Source of the DNA: Vulcanisaeta distributa DSM 14429
GTDB taxonomy: Archaea; Thermoproteota; Thermoprotei; Thermoproteales; Thermocladiaceae
Assembly: GCF_000148385.1 (NCBI RefSeq)
Contig: NC_014537.1
Coordinates: 1,860,001-1,892,000, forward strand
Reading direction: 5' to 3'
DNA length: 32,000 bases
The position numbers and the translations under genes are program-made. The notes beneath the pieces are model-generated. The model saw only the letters and a program-made list of their open reading frames with translations, was not told where the DNA came from and did not search any database. Positions 1-8,948 of the stretch are shown in pieces. The first letter of the stretch is position 1; every line of letters begins with the position of its first letter.

Positions 1-136
1 CTGGCTTAAGCCTAGCCACGCATATGTTAAATAATCTGCATTGCCTACATTCATTTGGGACAGAGTATAATCTAAAGGTCTTACCAACAACGGCCTGCTC
101 CTTACCAATTAGCGTCATCACCCTTTTAGCCTCCAT
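1..136 (-). CDS. UPF0179 family protein, N-terminal fragment (runs off window start)
   Basis: Manual translation of the minus strand from ATG at 134-136 gives MEAKRVMTLIGKEQAVVGKTFRLYSVPNECRQCRLFNICVARLKP..., open to position 1. The TLIG...G..F...P.EC..C pattern matches the archaeal UPF0179 family. It starts 2 nt after the M42 peptidase stop. Not in the ORF track because it is truncated. Confidence 0.55.
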   Translation of the reverse strand, partial: MEAKRVMTLIGKEQAVVGKTFRLYSVPNECRQCRLFNICVARLKP

Positions 137-138
137 GA

Positions 139-1191
139 TTACTCACTAATCAAGGCCTTGCTCCTAATCACATCAATATTTAGCAATAGGGTCTTAAGTA
201 AATCCTCAACCTGCTTTAGGTCATCAGTGTTTATTAATGATGCCGGTGAATGTATGTACCTTGCTGGAGTAGAGATTACTAATGATGGAACACCTGTACC
301 ATACATATGTATCACACCCGCGTCTGTACCTCCATATGGGTTAACCTGGACTTGATACTTAATATTGCTGCTCTCAGCCACCTCAATGGCCACGGACAAC
401 AACCTTGGGTTTGTAATCATAGACCTATCAAATGCCCTCAGTGCGGCACCACCACCGAGCCTTGTAACCCATACATCCTCACTACTCGTTGGTACATCGG
501 CGGCTACCGTGGTCTCCACGATAAAAGCCACATTAGGATTAACCTGGTGAACAACGGCATTGATACCCCTAAGGCCAACCTCCTCCTGTGTATTCCACGC
601 GAAGTATAATGATACGTCACCACCCACCTTATTTCTAATGCTCTTAAGTGCGTCAATCAGAACGGTACAACCAACCCTATTATCAAATGCCTTCCCAATA
701 ACCACAGAACCCCTCTGCCTAAAACTACCTGCAAATGTACCTGGGGTCCCTGGCATAATTCCATTCTTTAAGGCCTCATCCCTACTGCTAAAGCCAGCAT
801 CGACATATAACTCCTCAAACTTTGAGGGTGGCTTCTCCTTACGTAAGTGTGGCGGGTCAACGCCCACGACACCAACCACGTCACCATCCTTACCCATGAA
901 TATTAACTCCTTATCGAGTAGTGTCCAGGGATCTAAACCACCAATGGGTACTATTCTTAGGAAGCCTCTTTGATCTATGTGTGAAACCATTACGCCTACC
1001 TCATCCATATGAGCACTAATTAAGACTTTAAATGACCCATCACCAACCCTCGCAATGAGGTTACCCATATTATCAACCCTAACATCATCGGCATAGTCAC
1101 TCACTAAGCCCCTGATAACCCTCCTTACCCTATCCTCGAATCCTGAGGGACCCACCTCCGTTGATAATCGACTAAGTAAGTCTATGTCCAT
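139..1191 (-). CDS. M42 family (TET/FrvX-like) aminopeptidase
   Basis: Whole-length resemblance to M42 glutamyl aminopeptidase / cellulase-M family (GPSGFEDRVR, SAHMDEVG, FDNRVG, QEEVGLRG, HSP). The track start at 1212 is a TTG. I prefer ATG at 1189-1191 (MDIDLLSRL) with a GCTTTTAAGC TATA-like box 22-31 nt upstream. Confidence 0.85.
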   Translation of the reverse strand: MDIDLLSRLSTEVGPSGFEDRVRRVIRGLVSDYADDVRVDNMGNLIARVGDGSFKVLISAHMDEVGVMVSHIDQRGFLRIVPIGGLDPWTLLDKELIFMGKDGDVVGVVGVDPPHLRKEKPPSKFEELYVDAGFSSRDEALKNGIMPGTPGTFAGSFRQRGSVVIGKAFDNRVGCTVLIDALKSIRNKVGGDVSLYFAWNTQEEVGLRGINAVVHQVNPNVAFIVETTVAADVPTSSEDVWVTRLGGGAALRAFDRSMITNPRLLSVAIEVAESSNIKYQVQVNPYGGTDAGVIHMYGTGVPSLVISTPARYIHSPASLINTDDLKQVEDLLKTLLLNIDVIRSKALISE

Positions 1192-1235
1192 ACAAGTACG
1201 GGGGTTATTCAAGCTTAAAAGCTTTGAATCTGTGA

Positions 1236-2282
1236 TTAAGCAAGGTTGTAATTCTTACCCGTAGTCATTAGATTGAGCCCTAAGTCCGTCTTTCTAATCG
1301 AATCCCACTTACTGGCAAGCTTGAACATGGCCCTCACAGCGTCGATATTTTCAGGAACCACGATACTCTCCTGGTGAACGCCCTGCATTAGGAAAAGCTC
1401 ATTCTGGAACACAGTTATTGAGTCCTCTATTATCGCGTTCTCCATAACATCACCCCTAAGCCTACCCATATCCCTAGCCCACTCAATTATTTGTGCGAGG
1501 GACTCAAACTTCCTCGATGATGAATTGAATAGTAATATCCTTGGTGTCTCCTCAAGAACCTTCGCAACCTCACCCTTACTCACTTGTCCATCAAACTCTA
1601 TGTTGACCATGTGTAGATGCATCATTGTTGTGGGTACTGCCACGGCCATTGTAACGATATCTATTGTGGGAAGCACCGTCTGTACATCAGGTCCATGGTG
1701 ACTAGGCACTGTCGCTGGGTTAAATACGACGTCATTAATGGGCCCCTTCTTAAACTCCCTAGGGTCGGCACCTCTCCTCACTAAATATGCCCTGACTCTC
1801 CTTATCTTATAGCCATGAACTAGAAAGGCACTTATTAATCTCGAAAGAGCCGTCGTGTTGCAACTAACGACTCTGATGAACCTCTTACCAATAGCCATGT
1901 CATAATTAGCAAGTGCGTTGAAGCTTACCTCGGCAACGTCAGCCTCCTCACCACCCTGGAATATGGCCCTTAATCCCACGGGTTCGTAAATCTTAACCCT
2001 ATTCTCAGCACCAACACCATCGGGTGTGGCATCAATAATAACGTCAATATTCTTGATAAGGTCATTGACAGTTCCTGCAACCCTGATCCCAGCCTTCTCA
2101 AATTTATTGATTCTATCCTCATAGGTATATAACCTAATGCCCTTGCTTATGGCAACCTCACTCTCGTAATCAGGGGTTTGTTTAATTACGCCAATTAACT
2201 CCATGTCATCCATCTTCATTATGGCATCGGCAATCCTCTTTCCAATCGTTCCATAACCCATTATGCCAACTCTTACCGTCAT
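1236..2282 (-). CDS. gap: Glyceraldehyde-3-phosphate dehydrogenase, archaeal type II
   Basis: N-terminal Rossmann [11 protein letters not shown], catalytic-Cys motif [11 protein letters not shown], length 348 aa. Start lies 3 nt after the pgk stop (pgk-gap operon). Confidence 0.95.
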   Translation of the reverse strand: MTVRVGIMGYGTIGKRIADAIMKMDDMELIGVIKQTPDYESEVAISKGIRLYTYEDRINKFEKAGIRVAGTVNDLIKNIDVIIDATPDGVGAENRVKIYEPVGLRAIFQGGEEADVAEVSFNALANYDMAIGKRFIRVVSCNTTALSRLISAFLVHGYKIRRVRAYLVRRGADPREFKKGPINDVVFNPATVPSHHGPDVQTVLPTIDIVTMAVAVPTTMMHLHMVNIEFDGQVSKGEVAKVLEETPRILLFNSSSRKFESLAQIIEWARDMGRLRGDVMENAIIEDSITVFQNELFLMQGVHQESIVVPENIDAVRAMFKLASKWDSIRKTDLGLNLMTTGKNYNLA

Positions 2283-2285
2283 GGC

Positions 2286-3497
2286 TCACACCCAGAACCT
2301 CGACTTAGAGAGTTCAAGGGCTTTAATACCGGGTAGGTATGGGTCTGCTAGGAACTGAATGAAAGCCCTACCGCCAGTGGATACGTGGCTTATCCTATCT
2401 ATTAACCCGAACTTCCTGGCCGACATTATTGTATGTCCACCACCGATTACTGTGAATTGGGCATTATAAACCATGGCTTTCATGACTTCCCTCGTACCTA
2501 CCGCAAATTGATTAACCTCAACCAGACCAAGTGGTCCTGTCATTATTGCGATGTCAGCCGTTATTAAATGCTTATTGAATAGTTCGATGGTCTCAGGCCC
2601 TATATCAAGCATTGACTGTGCATTACTAGGTTCAATTACCTTACCATCCGACTGAACAGCATCCACTGGGAGTACTATCTTATCGCTGAATAATTTCATT
2701 ATATCCATCACGTCATTAACCGTGCTCTGGTCAACTTTAACGTTACTAAGTAACTTATTGTTACCATGCTTCAAAGCCAGGAACAATTGACTAACTAACC
2801 CGCCAACTAACACCTTATTAACTAGGTTCTTAGTTAGTAATGCTTTAATGGCCTTCACGGTCTCGGGAACCTTAGCACCGCCGGCAATCAATACCGTGGA
2901 TACACCCCTCGTGTTAAGCACCTTACTTAATGCATTGACCTCTCTCTCCATTATGAGACCCATACAGCTCGGTAATACGTATGGGAACCCAACAATGCTT
3001 GGTTGCGACCTGTGCGCCGTGGCAAAGGCATCAAGTATGAAGTAATTGAATAATGGTGCCAACTTCCTCACCAGGTATGTATTTGCAAGCTTTTGTGGCT
3101 CTCCTTCAATAACCTCCTCACTTATGAACCTAAGGTTATCAAGCATTAACACCTCACCAGGTCTTAACCTGCCTATTTCCTCACGTGCTCTAGGCCCTAT
3201 GACATCATCTATGAAGTGCACGTCCATACCCAAATATTTACTGAGCACCTTAACATGCGTTTCAAGGGATACAAACTCTGGGTCTCCAGGCCTACCTTGA
3301 TGCGTTACCACAACGACCGGCAGACCTAAATCAACAAGATACTTAATGGTCTTCGAGTGAGCCTCAATCCTATATTCATCAAGTATCTCACCAGAATCCC
3401 TGTTTATTGGGACATTCATATCAACCCTAACTAACACCCTGCCCTTACTACATAGGTTTATTGTTGGGAGTGAACTGGGTAAACTGGGTAAACCCAT
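2286..3497 (-). CDS. pgk: Phosphoglycerate kinase
   Basis: VLVRVDMNVPI N-terminal motif, THQGRPG, FTVIGGGHT, STGGRAF. 403 aa, typical archaeal PGK. Confidence 0.95.
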   Translation of the reverse strand: MGLPSLPSSLPTINLCSKGRVLVRVDMNVPINRDSGEILDEYRIEAHSKTIKYLVDLGLPVVVVTHQGRPGDPEFVSLETHVKVLSKYLGMDVHFIDDVIGPRAREEIGRLRPGEVLMLDNLRFISEEVIEGEPQKLANTYLVRKLAPLFNYFILDAFATAHRSQPSIVGFPYVLPSCMGLIMEREVNALSKVLNTRGVSTVLIAGGAKVPETVKAIKALLTKNLVNKVLVGGLVSQLFLALKHGNNKLLSNVKVDQSTVNDVMDIMKLFSDKIVLPVDAVQSDGKVIEPSNAQSMLDIGPETIELFNKHLITADIAIMTGPLGLVEVNQFAVGTREVMKAMVYNAQFTVIGGGHTIMSARKFGLIDRISHVSTGGRAFIQFLADPYLPGIKALELSKSRFWV

Positions 3498-3520
3498 ACT
3501 ACCCAGTTATGGTTAGGTGG

Positions 3521-3535
3521 TATATTTAAAATTTT
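3521..3535 (-). promoter_or_regulatory. TATA-like box for the pgk-gap operon
   Basis: tatatttaaaatttt centred about 31 nt upstream of the pgk ATG (3495-3497) in a 129-nt AT-rich divergent intergenic region. A second box, agatttttaatcc (3591-3603), lies about 30 nt upstream of the KH-protein ATG at 3627. Confidence 0.45.
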
Positions 3536-3626
3536 CCTACCATAGTAATAATTATAATTATTAATAATTTACAAACTCACGGAAAAAGCAAGATTTTTAA
3601 TCCAAGGAAGCTATGTAAATGGGAAC

Positions 3627-4223
3627 ATGATAAGTGACTACATGAAGGGAGGCTTTAAGCTCGTGGTTGAGAAAAATAGGTTGAAGGCAATTAACGATTC
3701 CGTAAAGGCAATTGAGGAGGAGTTTGGTGTTAAGATAATTGTTGATAATGATAGGGGTGAGGTTACGATAATTCCAGGTAATAATACGAACTTTGATCAA
3801 CTGATGAAGGCTAAGAATATTATTGAGGCAATATCGTACGGCTTTGATTATAATGATGCCCAGAACCTAAGGAGTGATGATTATACCCTTGAAATAATTG
3901 ACTTAAGGGATTACATTGATAAGGACAAGTCCAACCATATTAGCAGGATTAAGGCTAGAATAATCGGTGAGGATGGTAGGGCTAAGAGAGTTCTCCAGGA
4001 GTTAACAGATACAAATATAGTGGTTGGCGATAAGTACATAGCAATACTTGGTCCTTATGAGAACGTTAAGGTGGCTAGGGAAGCCATAGAGATGCTAATC
4101 CGTGGTAGACAACACGCTACGGTATATAGGTGGATTCAGAATTGGAGGAGGGAGAGTAGGTATAGGGAGTTGATGGAAAGGTTAAGTAGGACTTATTATG
4201 AGGAGGGTGAAGAAGAGGGTTGA
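3627..4223 (+). CDS. KH-domain RNA-binding protein (Pno1/Dim2-like)
   Basis: 198 aa with two KH-like modules (IIGEDGRAKRVLQELT, VKVAREAIEMLIRG), typical of archaeal Dim2/Pno1 homologues. Acidic tail. Confidence 0.8.
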   Translation: MISDYMKGGFKLVVEKNRLKAINDSVKAIEEEFGVKIIVDNDRGEVTIIPGNNTNFDQLMKAKNIIEAISYGFDYNDAQNLRSDDYTLEIIDLRDYIDKDKSNHISRIKARIIGEDGRAKRVLQELTDTNIVVGDKYIAILGPYENVKVAREAIEMLIRGRQHATVYRWIQNWRRESRYRELMERLSRTYYEEGEEEG

Positions 4224-4864
4224 GACTCAGCAGTTGCCTCTGTAACCTTAACCTCCTCACCCACTGGCTTAACCTCACCACCGGTTGGGTATCTCAATAC
4301 CTTTATCTTGTAAACCTCAACCTTCCTTAATGGGTATATTTTCTTGCCAACTGCAAATAATTGGTTACTTACGTCGCCAAATACCGCGGCCTTTATGAAC
4401 CCATTGAAGTCAACCTTACTCGCAATCTCATTCAATGTTTTAGAAAATTCCTTCCTAATTGCTCTCTTTTGGCTTGACTTACACCTTGTTGGTGTCATGG
4501 CAAGTACCGTGACCCTAAGTAATGCATTGTCCGTAGTATTTATATCCTGAATTAACTGGATTAGGCTTGAACCCCTCCTGATTAGACTCTTTACATAATC
4601 TCTCGTTAACTCCATACCCTTAAATCTCGTATATGTTCTCTCACCCTCAATCCTATCTATTTGGAATCTCAACTTTATATGGAGGTGGCTAAGATCTCTT
4701 GTTATATCGAATAATGTTACCTCTATCGTCCTGCCGATGAGTGCATTGGGTTCATTGGCAGGTACCTCACCAAGTTCTATTCCATTAAATAATGCAGGCG
4801 CGTATACAGTGAACCACTTCTTAATCATCCATTTACCTGTCTTAACCTGTTTCTGCTCAGACAC
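4196..4864 (-). CDS. rps3ae: 30S ribosomal protein S3Ae (eS1)
   Basis: KKWFTVYAP..F, LIGRTIEVTL.D, FQIDRIEG pattern of eS1. GTG start (cac at 4862-4864). A/T-rich box at 4893-4905 upstream. Confidence 0.9.
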   Translation of the reverse strand: MSEQKQVKTGKWMIKKWFTVYAPALFNGIELGEVPANEPNALIGRTIEVTLFDITRDLSHLHIKLRFQIDRIEGERTYTRFKGMELTRDYVKSLIRRGSSLIQLIQDINTTDNALLRVTVLAMTPTRCKSSQKRAIRKEFSKTLNEIASKVDFNGFIKAAVFGDVSNQLFAVGKKIYPLRKVEVYKIKVLRYPTGGEVKPVGEEVKVTEATAESQPSSSPSS

Positions 4865-4903
4865 GTTGGTCTTATCGTTGATTAAAAGACCCTTTTTATA
4901 TTT

Positions 4904-5167
4904 TTACCTTCCTAAGCCATTGAAGGATTCCATCACGATTCTTAAATTCCTAATGAAATCATCAATTGTATTATAAACACTCAATAATCTATCGCTTTCC
5001 ACATTATATGTAACCTCATAAATCAACTTATCATTAATGCACTTAATAATTGACGAGACGCCCTGAGGTAGTCCCTTCTCGTCAGGTAGTAATGATAATG
5101 CAATTACCTGACAATCCTCAGTGCTTTTCATAGTGATTTCTATGGTAATACTACCCCTAATCATCAT
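4904..5167 (-). CDS. pcc1: Pcc1-like KEOPS complex subunit
   Basis: 87 aa. By eye it aligns with archaeal Pcc1 (ITIEI..S.ED..V....L.PDE ... L.I.V.A.D...L....N.....L). Start overlaps the upstream gene's stop (ATGA-type coupling at 5164-5167). Confidence 0.55.
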   Translation of the reverse strand: MMIRGSITIEITMKSTEDCQVIALSLLPDEKGLPQGVSSIIKCINDKLIYEVTYNVESDRLLSVYNTIDDFIRNLRIVMESFNGLGR

Positions 5168-6321
5168 TGTCTCAATCCCTTCACGGCTATTGAGTAATTA
5201 TTGCGTTTAAACACTAAATCTGCATCCGCAACCTCCTCATTAAATGCGCAAATCAGCTGCAACGGTTCATTCTCAATGAGAAAAGACTTATTCTTGCTCT
5301 CAATTTTGAAGTTCATGATTGAGCATAGTCTGTCAATTAATGTTAGTGGTTGGTAACCCTGCCTTACTGTAATGCTATCCCTATCTAATTGCTTCATGTA
5401 CTCGCTGATCACGGCTATGTATTTATCAAATAAGTTATCTAGATCCTTGACACTTTGTGGATTAAGCACGGGGTTCAATAGACCACCCGCATACTCCCAA
5501 AGTACTAATTGGGACTCTACAGCAAGTATTGTCTCTAAGACATCAATATCGGTATTAACCCACCTCCTATGCATGAGCACGAGCTTATCCAGGTAATCAC
5601 CCCTAAACCCAGCCCTTAGCATGAAATCACCAATATACTTAAGTAGCGTCATTACCTCATCCTCATTAAGATCCTTATACAATGCGTCGCTCCTCCTTGT
5701 AATGGTTTTTATGAGATTCCTGGCCTCGGCCGCATTACCCGTTATATTGGGTATTACGGGTGAGAAGGCACGTGATAATGAAGCACTTAATGGTAGCCTT
5801 AATACCCCTGGCAGTGCTGGGTAGTTAATTAGTTCTGTTGTTAACCAACCATTGAATAGTGAGACGTTATAGTCGGGCATTACGGAAAACTCGTAAGTAA
5901 TTGCGCTCTCCAGGACTCTCATTGAGTCTTGACCTAACTCATGATTTAGTAATTGCCATATTAACTGAGGTATTGAGTCTGTGGATTCCAAATAAACGTC
6001 GGCATTAACCCAGTCAATATTCTCTCTACTGATTACGAATACCCTCTTACCATTGAGGGAATGTGATAATTCATCGAGACTCATAACCGTGGGTGGATCA
6101 ATAAGCAAGATCGAGTTATACCTACCTATTACGTCTCTTCCCAGGTCATTTAATGATTCCAACGTTAACAGGGTTATGTGCGTTAATAAGCCCCTCCTAA
6201 AGCGTTCCATTAGAAGTGCCACGGCTGAAAATAGGGAATTTATGAATGGTGGTACAACTATGAGTAGGTTGTCTGATGAGTTTATGATTGAATCCAGGAT
6301 AAACCTACCTCTTGGTTTCAC
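5164..6321 (-). CDS. Hypothetical protein, possibly an inactivated DHH/RecJ-like (Cdc45-like) protein
   Basis: The 385-aa ORF is solid. Segments NLLIVVPPFINSLFSAVALL, ILLIDPPT and RVFVISREN sit where DHH motifs I, II and III would be, but lack the catalytic D/H residues. This is pattern recognition only. Confidence 0.35.
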   Translation of the reverse strand: MKPRGRFILDSIINSSDNLLIVVPPFINSLFSAVALLMERFRRGLLTHITLLTLESLNDLGRDVIGRYNSILLIDPPTVMSLDELSHSLNGKRVFVISRENIDWVNADVYLESTDSIPQLIWQLLNHELGQDSMRVLESAITYEFSVMPDYNVSLFNGWLTTELINYPALPGVLRLPLSASLSRAFSPVIPNITGNAAEARNLIKTITRRSDALYKDLNEDEVMTLLKYIGDFMLRAGFRGDYLDKLVLMHRRWVNTDIDVLETILAVESQLVLWEYAGGLLNPVLNPQSVKDLDNLFDKYIAVISEYMKQLDRDSITVRQGYQPLTLIDRLCSIMNFKIESKNKSFLIENEPLQLICAFNEEVADADLVFKRNNYSIAVKGLRQ

Positions 6322-6408
6322 ACCGCTTATAAGTAAAAATACTTATTAATAATTACTTAGGTGCGAGGTTAAATAAATACGGATAAATCCTTAATGGAGT
6401 TTTCTAAA

Positions 6409-8127
6409 TTAGATGTAAACTGCCGTATTCTTTGCAAGCTTTATCTTCAGCCAGTCCTTGACATCCATCTTAAAGCTATGCTCAATCTTATCCCTGTGGA
6501 AGTTATTCATTGTGCAGAAGGGTATTATCCTACCATCGGGTGTTGCGTAGTGTATGTCACACCTCTGAACCCTCTGGACGTCGAAGTTGAACACGTCCAT
6601 AAAGTGCATTATCCCAAGGCCAATCACATTAAACATGACCTGGCCCAGTGCTTCATAGTCCTTCTTAATCAGGAAGTTCGCAAGTATGTTCCTAAAGCCC
6701 TTATGCTTAACATACCTAAGCAACTTCAGTGTTTCCACCGTAGCTATCCCTCTCCAGATGCCACCCTTGACGGCCTTGCTGTGTAGGTCCCAAACGGTCT
6801 TCTCAAAACCATCAACATCAACAACCTTGGTTATTGGGAGTATATCCTTTGTATCCTCATCGTAGTAAATAAATGTTGATGCGCCGCACACAGGGTTATT
6901 ACCAAATATTGGCTTTGGATTGCCCGTTATTGCCTCAACCAACTTCCCAAGCGCCACAGGCCAATTAACCGGTCTCCAATCCCACTTACTTATCTTACCG
7001 CCTGTCTGAGCCTCAATCTCATTTATTACGTCGGGTATTGTTATCCTGAACTGCCTAATCTCCTCGGGACTATACTCCCTAGCCCTGCCCGCGAAGGCCA
7101 CGGGCTGTATATTAACCCACCTAACCACATCCCTATTCTCAACCGCGAAATCAATTATCTTACCAATATCCTTATCATTATAGTTCTTGGCCATAGTGAC
7201 CACCAAGACCACGGATCTATGACCGAGCTTCCTTGCATTCTCAATAACCTTCTTCTTAACGGCTGCGTATGCCCTCGGGTCATAAAGCCTATGCCTCCAT
7301 ACACCCTGGTTATTCGGATCTATTGTATCAAATTGTAGATAAATCGTCGACATACCAGCGTCCAGGAGCTTCTTATAATAGTCAATGTCGTTCGCAAGCC
7401 TTATACCATTAGTGTTAACCTCTATATGATCAAAACCGAGTGCTTTAGCCATCCTAATGATCTCTGGCAGGTCATTCCTTAACGTCGGCTCACCACCACT
7501 AAATTGAATGGCATTTGGCGCCCAGGGCTTCTGAGCCCTAAACGTCCTGAGCATGTACTCAATCTGCTCAAGCGTTGGTTCGTATACGTAGCCGGCCGCG
7601 TAGGCGTTTGCAAAGCATACTGGGCACTTCATGTTGCACCTATTCGTTACGTCAATTATTGCCAGCACAGTATTCGTCTTGTGGACTGGGCACAAGCCAC
7701 AACCCTGTGGGCAACTACCCGCCGCCAGGTAGTAGTTGAGGTCTGTGTTTGGGTTTGCCGTGCCCTTACCGATATACTCAGGGGCATCCCACTGGAGGAA
7801 GTAGTAGTAGAGCTCGGCATCGCCCCAGTATAGGTCCCTGAACGTTCCATGCTCTGGGCAAGTCTTCTTCAGCCATATTGCCCCATCCTCCTCATAAACA
7901 ACCATCGGTATTTGCCTACTACAGACTGGGCATACCGATACTGAGACCTTGATGACCCTAACGTGGTCCGGCAAACCAAATTGTCTCTTCCACATCTGCT
8001 GTAGCCTCTCATTCTCCAGCGCATTCCTGTAGTGCCTAGGTAGTTTGAACCTGCTTAAGTCCACGAGGGGCTTTCTCGGTTTTTGTGCCTCAATCAATTC
8101 CGTCTTAGCCGTCACTACCTGAACCAT
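6409..8127 (-). CDS. tes: Radical SAM enzyme of the Tes/GDGT-MAS (tetraether lipid synthase) family
   Basis: N-terminal rubredoxin-like CPVC...CPEHG, extra Cys cluster CPQGCGLCPVH, radical SAM CNMKCPVC, 572 aa. This architecture is characteristic of the MJ0619/Tes family. Confidence 0.6.
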   Translation of the reverse strand: MVQVVTAKTELIEAQKPRKPLVDLSRFKLPRHYRNALENERLQQMWKRQFGLPDHVRVIKVSVSVCPVCSRQIPMVVYEEDGAIWLKKTCPEHGTFRDLYWGDAELYYYFLQWDAPEYIGKGTANPNTDLNYYLAAGSCPQGCGLCPVHKTNTVLAIIDVTNRCNMKCPVCFANAYAAGYVYEPTLEQIEYMLRTFRAQKPWAPNAIQFSGGEPTLRNDLPEIIRMAKALGFDHIEVNTNGIRLANDIDYYKKLLDAGMSTIYLQFDTIDPNNQGVWRHRLYDPRAYAAVKKKVIENARKLGHRSVVLVVTMAKNYNDKDIGKIIDFAVENRDVVRWVNIQPVAFAGRAREYSPEEIRQFRITIPDVINEIEAQTGGKISKWDWRPVNWPVALGKLVEAITGNPKPIFGNNPVCGASTFIYYDEDTKDILPITKVVDVDGFEKTVWDLHSKAVKGGIWRGIATVETLKLLRYVKHKGFRNILANFLIKKDYEALGQVMFNVIGLGIMHFMDVFNFDVQRVQRCDIHYATPDGRIIPFCTMNNFHRDKIEHSFKMDVKDWLKIKLAKNTAVYI

Positions 8128-8196
8128 TACGAAACTTGAGGGTTAATTATTTAAAAGCTTTGTCACCAATTGATACTCTCAGAAGTGTTTTTTAGT

Positions 8197-8946
8197 ATGA
8201 GCATTGAGAAGAGACTTCAGGAGCTCGCTAGGTTTATAGGATTAACGAGCTACGACATAAAGGCCTACATAGCACTTGTGGAGAATGGTCCATTAACCGC
8301 AAGGGATGTTGCGATGAAGGCGAACATCCCATCATCTAAGGTATACTCAGTGCTTCATAAATTATATAGGTTAGGTTACGTGGAGATTGATGATAAGAAG
8401 AGACCTGAGTTGTTCTATGCCGTGTCTCCAACGGACATATTCAATAGATTAATTCAGAGATTCTCCGACTATGTGAATTCAATAAAACCACTAATAGATT
8501 CGCTGCAGTTAATGTATGAATCAGCCTATAAAGGCAGGGTGACAGCCCAAAGCGAACTGCTCTACGTTGTCAGGGGCCTCGACAACACCAAGGAACTTAT
8601 AATGAAGTCAATGGGTTACGGTAATCTTGACGTTGCAACCCCATACGTGGAACTACTCGATCATAGGGTGTTGTCCATGATTGAGGATATATCACGTAAT
8701 AGTGAAGTCAGGCTGTTGATCTCCCGCGACATTATTAACCACGTTAAGGACTTACCACCCAGAATACACATTAGGGTTAGGGATAAGTTATTTGGCGGTG
8801 GCTTCATAGGCGTTGGTGGTGTGGTTCTAATAATTAAGCATGGCGTGGATTACATAAGCCTATTCTCAAGGCAGGATTACATAATTGACATCGCTAAGAC
8901 GTACTTCAACAACTTATGGGGTGACGCCGAGATTCTCCAGCGTTAA
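8197..8946 (+). CDS. TrmB-family transcriptional regulator (short, TrmBL2-sized)
   Basis: N-terminal winged helix LGLTSYDIKAYIALVENGPLTARDVAMKANIPSSKVYSVLHKLYRLGYV. The track start at 8170 is a TTG, so ATG at 8197 is preferred. TATA-like ttatttaaaagc at 8146-8157. Confidence 0.8.
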   Translation: MSIEKRLQELARFIGLTSYDIKAYIALVENGPLTARDVAMKANIPSSKVYSVLHKLYRLGYVEIDDKKRPELFYAVSPTDIFNRLIQRFSDYVNSIKPLIDSLQLMYESAYKGRVTAQSELLYVVRGLDNTKELIMKSMGYGNLDVATPYVELLDHRVLSMIEDISRNSEVRLLISRDIINHVKDLPPRIHIRVRDKLFGGGFIGVGGVVLIIKHGVDYISLFSRQDYIIDIAKTYFNNLWGDAEILQR

Positions 8947-8948
8947 TT

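Noticed and set aside
6394-6786. 130-aa plus-strand ORF starting in the 6322-6408 spacer
   Set aside because: It runs antisense through the 3' end of the Tes-like gene. It has no recognisable domain, and the spacer is better explained as the promoter of the 5164-6321 gene.
7504-7850. ORFs of 109 aa (+) and 64 aa (-) inside the radical SAM gene
   Set aside because: They lie wholly within a well-supported 572-aa CDS, in the antisense strand or an alternative frame, with Arg/Thr/Val-rich nonsense composition.
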